NCBI RefSeq assembly: GCF_006345805.1
Contig: NC_043001.1
Coordinates: forward strand, 9,982,001-10,046,000
Reading direction: 5' to 3'
Source of the DNA: Octopus sinensis
Lineage: Eukaryota
Length of the DNA stretch: 64,000 nt
In this document: piece after piece, positions 1-11,358 of the stretch
Numbering within the stretch: the stretch's first letter is position 1
How the letters are laid out: each line of letters begins with the position of its first letter
Translations under genes and position numbers: made by a program
The notes under the pieces: model-generated
Told to the model about the DNA's origin: nothing
Seen by the model: the letters and a program-made list of their open reading frames with translations, nothing else
Databases searched by the model: none

Positions 1-2203
1 ATCTATAATTAACTGCATTAGAAAGAAACTGTATAGCATTCTGATTAGTGTTCAAATTTTAATGTAGTAGATTTAGTAGTTTAAATACTAGAACTGCAAA
101 CAATTTATGGTTTATTCCTGATCGGTAGTGTATATACTAGGTGAAATTGAATGTTTGAAATTTGACCTGCAATCGTGTTTTGCGAGTTGATTGATATTTT
201 TCCCCTCTCCCCCCTCCTGTCTCTGATAAATCGATAGGAAAAGAAAACTAGCTAGGAAGAGACTAATGTCATGTCAGAAGAAATGTGCTTGAAGGGATAT
301 TTAGGAATCAGCATAAATTGCTTTAAATAGGAACATCTAAATTTACTTTAAATAACAATTCTACTAAAGTCCTTTAAGGAATTGTTTCTACTTTTATTCC
401 ACTCAGTCTCCATTGTTTCTGTAAAACATATTGGCAATCATATTGCCCCTGCGCTGCACTATACTGCTATACTTACATCTTAAATATTTGATTTCTGTAT
501 AAATGCTAGGTCAGGGTTTAGAAATTGCATTGCTGATGGTGTACTTTGTATGTGTACATAAAGCAGATTAGATCTCACCGTTTTAAAATTTTGGTAATAT
601 TGGTCTATGAAACTACAGGATTTCCTAAATTACATTCTACTTCTTTTTAAAATTTTTTTCATTATTTACCATTCTTTTCTCTTTTTTTTTTTCCTGTTTT
701 ATTATGCTACCAGTTGAATAGAGTTGAAAATCAGATAATTGTATTATTGAATGCAACAAGATGTCTTGACAACAAACTAACAGTCGACTATGTAATAGGA
801 TCTAATTTTAGTCAACTAAGACATTTAATGTGATGTATTTATAGCGTAGAATTAAACCTGTGAGTTCTTGTCGGGGCTGGAAATTGCAATAAACAAACTC
901 TTCTTTGGTTTAATTTCAATCACAAAATAATTTTCTTTTAAATAAACAAAAGCATTGACTATTGAAATATTTCAATGAACACATTCGAAAATATGCAAGA
1001 CTCTACATAACAGATATTGTTTGTTTTTTTTTGTTGTTGTTTTTCTTTCATTCTTTCCTAGGTGTGTTCCACATTTCATTTAACACCTGATATTATAATC
1101 TTGGACTAAATTTTTCTATATCTCTCTCTCTCTCTCCTTGTAAATACACACACATGTAGTCTGAAATATTACTACAATTCCAAACACTGTTCTTCTGTGC
1201 TTCTATTCATCACATAACAACTTCTCTTATCAGTTTAGATTATTTCAGGAAAGATAATTGAAACTTTTGCTGTCACTTGTGTTGCTTGCTATTGATTAAA
1301 TAACAAAGAACTGACTAAATTATTGATCTTTAGTTTAGATTCTTAGGCATTCATTTTCAAGCTCAGATAGATATAAGACTTCTTAGTTACAGTACATAAC
1401 GTCGCACTTCAGCTGCCGATTTGCTTCACTAGTTTTTATTTCAAGACGGCTGGTATATGACTTTGATCATATTTCAAACAGCTTTTGAATTTTTGCCAAC
1501 TTTGATGTTAGGAGGAAAAATCATAGAATTTATTTTAGGTTACTCAGACATAGACATTTAAGTGAGTTTTATGAGGATTATTTGAATTGCTTAACAATCT
1601 GTTGCTAATTATCCATTTGATGATCCCGTGTAATCAGGATGATTTTTGTCAAAATGATGTTTGTTTATTTATTTGATATTTAATTTCCCTCGGTTTTACT
1701 GAATAGTACTTGAAAAAAAAGTTAACTGAATTGTAATAATAGTCAATTATTAAATTATTCCTTTGATTTCTTGAGTACCCCCAAAGATTTATTAGCAATT
1801 ATAGCTAATGAAATTAATAGAGAATAAGTGATCATAGATGTGTACAGAAACAGCGATTAATTTTGATTTCTTTTGAAATGTTTTTAGAACACAAGCAAAT
1901 TTTGATTAACAAAATAATGCTGTAATCCGTTCACAACCTAATTCTTTTGTTGCTGACTGGGATTAAATTAACGAAGAAGGAATATGTTAAGAATATCTTG
2001 GCCATTTTGTCACTTCTGACTTGTGCATTTTACTACGTTACTTCGTCTTCCATAACATTTTAAAACCAAATCTCAACAATTTGTTGTAAGCTCAATATTC
2101 AACACACACACAGTTACATAAATCCACCGACAGATAACAATAACGCACATTTTCTATTAGTCCTCTGACTTAGATTTTTTACTAATGGATTTTTGTATGT
2201 GTG

Positions 2204-2205
<2 letters not shown>

Positions 2206-2234
<29 letters not shown>

Positions 2235-2550
2235 TCACATCCACATCCACACACTCACATACACATCCACACACTCACATACACATCCACACACTCACAT
2301 ACACATCCACCCACTCACATACACATCCACACACTCACATACACATCCACACACTCACATCCACATCCACACACTCACACACACATCCACACACTCACAT
2401 ACACATCCACACACTCACATACTCATCCACACACTCACATCCACATCCACACACACACATACACATCCACACACTCACATGTACATCCACACACTCACAC
2501 GCACACCCACATACACACACACATCCACACCAATATACACACACATCCAT
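2206..2550. repeat. (CA)n followed by a 20-bp minisatellite (unit ACACATCCACACACTCACAT, about 14 copies)
   Basis: 20-bp periodicity is directly visible from about 2241 to 2510. It explains the His/Thr-rich ORFs in all three + frames. Confidence 0.95.
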
Positions 2551-2792
2551 CCATCGAGGTATCATAAGAATATCTACAAGCATTAAGTTACCAATTAACT
2601 TTTGAACACATTCTGTGTATTGGATTGTATTATCCCTGATTTCTGAATCTGTAGCATCAGAATCAAATGTTTTTCAATTTACTGTCACATATAATGTATG
2701 TGTGTAATTATGTGATAATGTGTGTGAATAATAAAAAATAAATAAAATATATTTAAATGTTTTATTTATAACTTTTACATTTTATTTTCCAG

Positions 2793-2850
2793 GTAAGTGA
2801 TCCGTTGCTGAAATTTTGTGTCTTTAACCTTATCCTCTGGCTATATGAAG
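2793..2850 (+). other. Candidate 58-nt exon or recursive-splicing exon
   Basis: Long pyrimidine tract ending in CAG (AG 2791-2792) and donor AAG|GTAATG at 2850/2851. Only frame 0 is open (VSDPLLKFCVFNLILWLYE). The exon begins with GTAAGT, itself a consensus donor. Confidence 0.45.
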
Positions 2851-3130
2851 GTAATGCAAATTTTAATTTTACTGAACATTTTTTTTTTTCTCCTTAAATT
2901 TCGCTTGTTCTGCTTTTATACCAGTGCCAATAGTATTAGGTCATGTTCAGCATCCATTACTATATGAACTGAACATCAGCAAAGAATTTGTTTTGGTTTT
3001 GGGGAAAATCTATCCAGTTCTTCCTCTTCAAAATTTTTGTATTCTCACATATTTTCCTACTTTCATGGGCTAGCTTTAAACCCTTGTTTTAGTTTATGGG
3101 GAAGGGTCGTTTTGAGACCTTTTACCATAC

Positions 3131-3350
3131 TTCTTTCTTTACTACCCACAAAGGGCTAAACACAGAAGGGACAAACAACGACAGACAAACGGATTAAGTC
3201 AATTACATCGACCCCAGTGCGTAACTGGTACTTAATTTATTGACCCCGAAAGGATGAAAGGCAAAGTCGACCTCGGCGGAATTTGAACGGCAGACGAAAA
3301 ACGGTTACGCATTTTGCCCGGCGTGCTAACGCTTCTGCCAGTTCGCAGCC
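3131..3350 (-). mobile_element. SINE family A (tRNA-derived head)
   Basis: Reverse complement of the family-A consensus seen at 19752 and 62675 (A-box-like TGGCAGAA, B-box-like GTTCAAATTCC). Confidence 0.9.
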
Positions 3351-4395
3351 TTTTACTATAATGTTGTGTCCAGAGTTCCTCTTTCGTTACAAACTGACCA
3401 TGTAGATTTTGCCATCCTAATAAATAGGAATTAATTTGGCCTCTGACACACACACACATACACAATCTGCTGTACACTTGCGTCAGAAATTAATTAGCAC
3501 TTCTCAAATTTCTACATAAAATAGGTTAAATCAATTAACCTATGAGCTGTTCAAAACGTCTTACGCGATGAGAAAACATAGTATGGTGTGATTTCGGTCC
3601 TTGCGAGGCGCTACCTATATCTATTAAACAAAGGAAGATTTGTCTGCATCTGCACTCCAAGTTGTTGTTGCACTGCTATGTCAACATCATAAGGCTGCAG
3701 ACTCTCAAACTGCTCTGCAAACAAAGTTACGTCATCGTTCTGCGCAACAGTGAACTCGCAACAAAGCAATAGTTCGAGATATGGCCACTAGGTGACAGCA
3801 CATACCTTGAGTGAAGAGCAAATCAAGGGTGCTAATTAATTTCTGACGGTAGTGTATTCTGAAATTCCGGAACAGTTGCTGTTTTTGTTGGTAGAATAAA
3901 TGAATTGAGTAGTAAAAGTGAATACTGGTCCAACTATGTTGAAAGCTTGGAGTTTTTATTGAACAATTCTTGACTGGTATTACTGCAGTGGGGTTATCAA
4001 TGAGCATGTCACAGTTGTGCAATGGAAATTTTGTATTGATAAACAAATCAAATATGAATTGAACAGTTTTTGTGTTTTTCAAATATGGCTCTTCCTTGAT
4101 TTAATTACTGTAACATCATTTACGAATCAGTCATTGCATGTATAGAGTATTCTGCTTTTAAAGTGTTAGGTGGATCGGTCGAGCTGAGAGAAAAGTATTC
4201 TATAGAAAGGTGTGTTTGTAATATTGTGTCGCAGATGCACTGCTACAAAAATAAAATCTGCGTTTCTCTGTGTGCACATGTGTGCATGCACAGATACTTG
4301 TTTTCCTTTTTTGCCAGTGAAGGATTGAAGCTTCATAGAACAGCAGACATTCTGTTTTGGCAGTTGGGTTATCACATGCATCTGCAACAATGAAG

Positions 4396-4980
4396 TATTC
4401 TTTCCTACTCTAAGCACAATGCCTGAAATTTTGGGGGAGGGGGCCAGTCGATTAGATCAACCCAGTACACAACTGGTACTTAATTTATCGACCTCAAAAG
4501 GATGAAAGGTAAAGTCAAACTCAGAACGTAAAGACAGACGAAATACCTATTTCTTTACAACCCACAAGGGGCTAAACACAGAGAGGACAAACAAGGACAG
4601 ACAAAGGGATTAAGTCGACTTCATCGACCCCAGTGCATAACTGGTAATTAATCTATCGACCCCGAAAGGATGAAAGGTAAAGTCGACCTCGGCGGAATTT
4701 GAACTCAGAACATAGCGGCAGACAGGGTACTGCTAAACGTTTCACCTGGTGTGCTAACGTTTCTGCCAGCTCGCCATCTTACAACAATGAAATATTCTTT
4801 CCTACTCGAAGCACACAAGACCTGAAATTTCGGGGGAGGGGGCCAGTCAATTAGGTCAACCCCATTACACAACTGGTACTTAATTTAGCGACATCGAAAG
4901 GATGAAAGGCAAAGTCAACCTCGGTGGAATTTGAACTCAGAACGTAAAGACAGATGAAATACCACTAAGTATTTCACTGC
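4396..4980 (-). mobile_element. Chain of three family-A SINE units with two different tails (A2-A1-A2)
   Basis: Units at about 4396-4547, 4548-4776 and 4793-4980. CAACAATGAA is repeated at 4385 and 4782. Confidence 0.85.
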
Positions 4981-5141
4981 CTTAGCAACTATGAAGAATT
5001 GCCATATTTGTATTTTCCTCACTTTTGAGGCTATACAGAATATGGTATTGGCATGAGTTGTTGCAATTCTTGTTGCCCTTGAGGTGGCTTAAGTATCCAA
5101 GAGATGGTTTCTTGGATTTGAGTTTTCATCACCATGTGAGC

Positions 5142-7340
5142 TCAAAATGTGATGCTCAAAATGTCTGGTAGTGTCGGCTATAGCCTAGTCACCCGTATAG
5201 TTAATCAGGTGATACACAAAGGGGTCATACCCAATGACTGGTGTAGCAGTATAATAGTCAACTGCTACAAAGGTAAAGGTGATGCCCTAGATACAAATAA
5301 CTACAGAGGTATCAAGCTGTTGGACCAGGTGATGAAGGTTACGGAGAGGGTCATAGCCCAACTAATTAGAGAGAGAGTTAGTTTAGATGAGATGCAGTTT
5401 GGGTTTGTGCCAGGGAAAAGTACTACTGATGCTATATTCCTGGTAAGGCAGCTGCAGGAGAAATACCTAGCCAAAGATAAGCCCCTGTACCTGGCTTTTG
5501 TTGACATGGAGAAAGCCTTCGACAGGGTCCCCCGATCCCTTATCTGGTGGGCAATGAGGAAACTAGGGATAGATGAATGGTTAGTGAGAGCTGTGCGGGC
5601 CATGTACAGGGACGCCGCTAGTAGGGTGAGGGTTGGAAATGTGTACAGTGAAGAATTCCGGGTAGAGGTAGGGGTCCACCAAGGCTCAGTACTCAGCCCC
5701 CTCCTATTTATCATAGTCCTCCAGGCAATAACGGAGGAATTCAAGACAGGATGCCCTTGGGAGCTCCTCTATGCTGATTACCTTGCTCTAATTGCTGAGT
5801 CGCTATCAGAACTGGAGGAGAAGTTTCAGGTGTGGAAACAAGGATTAGAATCGACGGGCCTCAGAGTCAATCTAGCTAAAACCAAAGTCGTAATCAGTAG
5901 GAAGGTAGACAAATCACAAACACCTTCAGGTAGATGGCTCTGCTCGATCTGTAGAAAAGGTGTAGGTAGAAACTCTATAAGATGCACCAAGTGTAAGCTA
6001 TGGACACATAAGAGATGCAGCAATGTCAAAGGAAGGCTAACTAGGAAGATGGTTTTTGTATGTGGCAGATGCTCAGGAACAATAAACACTGAAAATGCTC
6101 TGAGACCAACTTCCGTCACTTTCCAGGGAGAAAAACTAGAAATAGTTGATAGTTTCCGTTACCTAGGTGACCAAGTCAGCAGCGGGGGCGGGTGTGCTGA
6201 AAGTGTAACTGCTAGAGTAAGAATAGCTTGGGCAAAGTTCAGAGAGCTCTTACCTCTACTGGTGACAAAAGGCCTCTCGCACAGAGTGAAAGGCAGACTG
6301 TATGATGCGTGTGTACGAACAGCCATGCTACATGGCAGTGAAACATGGGCCGTGACTGCTGAGGATATGCGTAAGCTCGCTAGAAATGAAGCCAGTATGC
6401 TCCGATGGATGTGTAATGCCGGTACTCACACTCGGCAGAGTGTAAGTACCTTGAGAGAAAAGCTGGACCTAAGAAGCATCAGTTGTGGTGTGCAAGAGAG
6501 ATGTTTGCGCTGGTATGGTCATGTGGCGAGAATGGATGAAGATAGTTGTGTGAAAAAGTGCCACACCCTAGCGGTTGAGGGAACCTGTGGAAGAGGCAGA
6601 CCCAGGAAAACCTGGGACGAGGTGGTGAAGCACGACCTTCGAACTTTAGGTCTCACTGAGGAAATGACTAGAGACCGAGACCTCTGGAAGTGTGCTGTGC
6701 GCGAGAAGACCCGGCAGGACAAGTGAGTCCATAACCCGTGGCCTTCTACATGGGATGGAGCCAGCCTACGTATGCATACCTTCCCTTCTTGGGACACAAA
6801 ACTCTACTTATGAAGACGTGATGAGGCAAGTGAGGATCAGAATCGAAATCGATCAATGGAAATTGCGGATGTGCTACCAGTGCCGGTGGCATGTCAAAAC
6901 TCTGCTTGTGAAGACCCGTTGAGGCAAGTGACGATCAGAATCGAAATCGATCAATGGAAATCGATCAATGGAAATTGCAGATGTGTTACCAGTGCCAGTG
7001 GCATGTAAGAGAACTTTCCGTTTCGCGACCGTTGCCAGCACCGCCCCGTTTCGTGTCCATTGCCAGCCTCGCCTGGCCCTCGTGCCGGTGGCACATAAAA
7101 AAGCACCATCCGTTCGTGGCCGTTTGCCAGCTCTGTCTGGCACCAGTGCGGGTGGCACGTAAAAAGCACCCACTACACTCACGGAGTGGTTGGCATTAGG
7201 AAGGGCATCCAGCCGTAGAAACACTGCCAGATTTGACTGGGCCTGATGAAGCCTTCTGGCTTCACAGACCCCAGTAGAACCGTCCAACCCATGCTAGCAT
7301 GGAAAACGGACGCTAAACGATGATGATGATGATGATGATG
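5142..7340 (+). mobile_element. 5'-truncated RTE-clade LINE with 3' UTR and (GAT)n tail
   Basis: RT ORF, about 600-bp 3' UTR, (GAT)n tail at 7319-7340. Candidate 8-bp TSD ATGTGAGC at 5134-5141 and 7338-7345. Confidence 0.92.
5149..6726 (+). CDS. RTE-type reverse transcriptase (endonuclease and N-terminus missing; catalytic motif mutated; internal PHD-like finger)
   Basis: Non-LTR RT motifs: YKGKGD..NYRGIKLL, QFGFVPGKSTTDAIF, AFVDMEKAFDRVP, GVHQGSVLSPLLF, YADY (for YADD), FRYLG, LHGSETW, RWYGHVARM, RGRPRKTW. C4-H-C3 finger at 5941-6072. Confidence 0.93.
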   Translation: MMLKMSGSVGYSLVTRIVNQVIHKGVIPNDWCSSIIVNCYKGKGDALDTNNYRGIKLLDQVMKVTERVIAQLIRERVSLDEMQFGFVPGKSTTDAIFLVRQLQEKYLAKDKPLYLAFVDMEKAFDRVPRSLIWWAMRKLGIDEWLVRAVRAMYRDAASRVRVGNVYSEEFRVEVGVHQGSVLSPLLFIIVLQAITEEFKTGCPWELLYADYLALIAESLSELEEKFQVWKQGLESTGLRVNLAKTKVVISRKVDKSQTPSGRWLCSICRKGVGRNSIRCTKCKLWTHKRCSNVKGRLTRKMVFVCGRCSGTINTENALRPTSVTFQGEKLEIVDSFRYLGDQVSSGGGCAESVTARVRIAWAKFRELLPLLVTKGLSHRVKGRLYDACVRTAMLHGSETWAVTAEDMRKLARNEASMLRWMCNAGTHTRQSVSTLREKLDLRSISCGVQERCLRWYGHVARMDEDSCVKKCHTLAVEGTCGRGRPRKTWDEVVKHDLRTLGLTEEMTRDRDLWKCAVREKTRQDK

Positions 7341-9236
7341 TGAGCCTTATATATTTGGAATTTCAGTGCAGAAAATGGGTCATACTTGATAATGAGTTGA
7401 TAGCCACCATCACAAACATACATAATGACTTGATGGTATATATAAAAGCAGCTAAAATATATACTGAAACTCACTAACACACTATTTTAGGAAAGGTGTT
7501 TTCAAGAAGTAGGAGCTTTATGTTAAATTATTGGAATAAAATGTTCAGGATAAAAATAAAAATAAAAATAAAACGATAAGCCAGAAAACATTTTGTAAAA
7601 TTTATACTCAAAGTAGAATAAAATTGACGCAAAAAAAGGAAAAAAAAAACCATATGTTGTCTATTCAGTTACATTATTTTACAAATGAAAATATTTTTTC
7701 TATTTTTTGATTGCTAATATTTTAAAATAGAGAATGTTGATAAACATTTTCAATGAGTGAATGTTTTATAATTTTTATTTAATAAATTTTTTTTTATTTT
7801 TACAAGTGCTTTACTCAGAGGAAGAAAAACAATATGAAATTAACATTAAAAATTACTTTATTGAAAATCCTAATGATAAGCTTTATCAAAGAAATAGATT
7901 GCACTTTTTATTTATTTCCAAATGATTATAATGTGAGATGAAAGGAAACAATAGGATGAAATATATCTAATGAAATATTAGCATATAAAATTATGAAATA
8001 ACATTTGTATGTCGGTTGTAATTTTTACTTTATGCAGCATTAAAATTTTATCTGATAATTAGCATGTGCATGTCATTTTTAATATGTAATTTTTATGTTC
8101 CATTTGATAACAAAAAGGCTCCACTGCAGAGAGATTCAGATGTGTATTACAGAGTATTTATTACTACTCATGATTCACATCTTATACTTTCATATGCTTA
8201 TATCACATCTTATCTATTGTTCTTTAAACCACTTTCGTTTTCCATAATGTAATCAAATTTGGACCAAATTTTAACTAATGTCAGTCAAATATTGATTACT
8301 TGTGGAATCTGTTTTGTGCCTGAGATTAACGAATTCTATTTTTAGCAACAATTGGAAATATTTACTACTCACTTGATGCTCAAGTTAACAATTTCAAAAA
8401 TCACAATGAGAAAGTAGTTTACGCTGGTTTTCTGAATTATTAGTCAATATGTGTTTGTTCATTAATTTATAGATAAGATGTTAAGTGTAATTTGTTTATA
8501 TATTGTTTCTTATTTAATTCTTATACATATATATATATATATATATATTTTTTTTTTTTTTAAAGTTAAGTCCTCACAGAAAGCAGATGTTATTAAAATA
8601 AAAGCTTCCTGCTACTAGAGTGGAGGCAATTGATCAGAAAACGATTTAATCAGTGCCATAGGAGGGAACTTATCTCTTGCAGTATTGTAGTTACCAAGTT
8701 TTAAGTCTCTTATGCTTGTTATTATAAAATGTGATTATAATGGTGATAATGTAACACTATTCACTACACATAAACAACGTCGTTGAATGCTTCCTCTTGA
8801 ATAGTTACATTTAATAGCTGTATAAATATGAAAAGCTTTGCTATAAAAATTTCTCAATAATTTTCAGGATCTCCACTTCAAAAGCCTGAAAATAGTTGGA
8901 CTTAAACTCTAATTACTAATTAACTGTTCTTGCTCACCAGTAATCTAACAGATTCATTGTGTTTATTGAAAGTTGTAGTAGAATTAATGTTTTAATTTTT
9001 GATAGTGCAAAGTACCATATTTTATAGGGAAGGCTGCACACTCAATTGTAATGGACCACTTGGAAAGTGTTAATTATGGTATTGATCCCTGAGGGGGCGA
9101 AGTTTATAGGCAGTTACGATCTTTGAACTCAAACTAATGCAAAACATTATAATGCATTTAGATTACAATACTAGTAACTGGTATTGTCTGAGATATTTCC
9201 TCTTATGTAAAACAAAGCATGTGTGTGAGTATATAT

Positions 9237-9276
<40 letters not shown>

Positions 9277-10157
9277 GTGAATGAGCTGATAAATTTCAAA
9301 CAAAAACAAACTATTAATTGTATTAATTGCAATTAGAAAGATGTTAGAAGTAAAAATTAAAATGCTTAATTGTCAATAGTTCACACAGTGTAATTAATAA
9401 ATTTAATATGAGGAAGAGAAATCTAACGTGTTGGGCAGGAAATGTCAGACTTTTACTGGTCAAATAATTGATTTGTATATACTAATTGTTGATAAAGGCC
9501 ATCACTAGTTTCATTTGACTTTTCTGTTTTAGTTATCAAAGTCTACTAGAAAACCAAAGTAAAGTAAATCCAAGTGACTAATACGATATTCAAATTAATT
9601 AATGTGAAATGCTCAGCTGGCATGTTTGTTTTTTAGAGGTAATATAGTAATAATGTTGCCACTATGTCTAAGCAAGTTTGGTTTGACACACTGTTATGAA
9701 ATTTTTATCTGAACAATGAAGTGGAACACACACGGAATACTTGAGAGTGAAACGGATTGATGAAATTAAGAATTTTGATAAAACTTATAAGCTGAAGGCT
9801 AGAGACTGTATCAAACAATTATCTTGCTGTTTATTAGTTATTGATATATAATTTGGAATTAAATTCAAAGTTTATTCAATAAAAACAGCTTTATTGAAAA
9901 TGAGAAATAATTATTTCTGATATCAAACACTGATATAACTTTTCATTTTGATGCACATGAGTAAATTATCTGCCAAGAGATTTGTAGAAGTATTTGAATT
10001 GACTTGGAAAATCTGATATTCCAAATCCCAGTATTGTAGCAGACTTGAGGAACCATAAGTACTTTGTCTAACTTTTGACATATTAAAGAAATAAGTATTT
10101 ATATACAATGGATGGATAGGTACCCTTACCTTGTTTGTGTGTAAATAATGTACTTAA

Positions 10158-10379
10158 CCCTTTCGCTACTGTATTTCTGTTGAGATGTTCTGTGTTTCTT
10201 TCAATTAATTTTAAATATAACAAAGAATTTAGTAAAATAACTTAGTTATCATTAAGCAGGTGTTAGGAATATAAATTTTGACTAAGATCTGGTGGAAGAT
10301 TTTAATTCAGAACTAATGAAAACAAGAGATTTGTACTACAGAACCACAACCGATTTCAGCCGGGTTGGTATCAAAAGGG
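10158..10379 (+). mobile_element. piggyBac-like MITE, family P1
   Basis: TTAA|CCCTTTCG...CAAAAGGG|CTAA termini. A homologous copy lies in reverse orientation at 50188-50399. Confidence 0.65.
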
Positions 10380-10649
10380 CTAATTCCTTATCTCAAAAAT
10401 ATAGAATAGTGTTAAAGAAATAAGCTCTGTGCATGTCCAGATATAGTCATGTATGTTTGTGAAGGGTCCACTTTTGGTTATCTGTAACTTTTACATACAA
10501 CACATTAAGTCTATCATAGTTAGACCTAACCATCCAAGGACTGCAGTTTGCTATTTTTTAAATAATTTTTGAACAGGCATCAATGTGCCCTTGGTATAAA
10601 ATTACAAAATATTCCATAAAATATTCACATAAAAGGCAAGTAAAAGACA

Positions 10650-10950
10650 CCATTCAAGCGTGATTGTTACCAGCATTGCCTTACTGGCACCTGTGCCGGT
10701 GGCATGTGTAAAAGATTCGAGAGAGGTCGTTGCCAGTACAGCCTGACTGGCCCCGTGCCGGTGGCACGTGAAAGCACCCACTACACTCTTGGAGTGGTTG
10801 GCGTTAGGAAGGGCATCCATCTGTAGAAATTTTGCCAGATCAAGATTGGAGCCTGGTGCAGCCATCTGGTTCGCCAGCCCTCAGTCAAATCGTCCAACCC
10901 ATGCCAGCATGGAAAGCAGACGTTAAACGATGATGATGATGATGATGATT
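10650..10950 (+). mobile_element. Family B retroposon (RTE 3'-end type), (GAT)n tail
   Basis: GTGCCGGTGGCA modules, GGTTGGCGTTAGGAAGGGCATCC core, GAT tail, same layout as 7080-7340. Confidence 0.9.
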
Positions 10951-11260
10951 CCAAGTTTCCTGTTTGGTGTTCTGTTGCATAACAATTCTTGCTGTCAAGT
11001 AAATGTGTGAGATGGCGTTTAACATCTTGCATTGTGTACATTGAGAGAACCAGGAGTATTTTAAACTGAGAGGATATCATCTTGATTGCTTCATGTCACC
11101 TTGATATCGAGACATTTCTTCACGTAGCATTGTGTTGAGCAACTGTCCTTCTTTTCACATACTTGGTTTACTTGGTGTGCAGAGTACAAAAAAAAAAACA
11201 TTCTAGAAAGTCTAATCCAACATTTTCTTTTCCTCTTCTAATCGATCTCTTGTGTTGCAG

Positions 11261-11358
11261 ATATTAACATGGACTGCAAAGAGAGGCACTATTGTACCGT
11301 TTTTATGATAGTCTCATCATTGATATTGATATTTTGGATAATTCACTACAAAAGATAA
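11261..11358 (+). CDS. Candidate terminal coding exon with a C-terminal hydrophobic helix
   Basis: Strong acceptor (CTAAT branch-like motif near 11238, pyrimidine tract, TTGCAG at 11255-11260). Phase 1 reads INMDCKERHYCTVFMIVSSLILIFWIIHYKR*. AATAAA at 11416. No homolog recognised. Confidence 0.3.

Noticed and set aside
2185-2605. His/Thr-rich ORFs of 124-134 aa in all three + frames
   Set aside because: Produced by a stop-free 20-bp minisatellite; openness in every frame is not evidence of coding.
3732-4082. 116-aa minus ORF with faint pogo/Tigger DDE-like words (LIDNPTA, FILPTKT in another frame, RNFRIHYRQKL)
   Set aside because: Similarity is short, needs a frameshift and a deletion, and no TIRs were found. 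A profile search is needed.
5301-6119. Minus-strand ORFs of 147 and 97 aa
   Set aside because: Antisense shadows of the RT ORF.
6874-7287. Recurring ORFs containing LDALPNANHS (also at 10602, 13526, 23927, 24383)
   Set aside because: Antisense translations of family B repeats, not a gene family.
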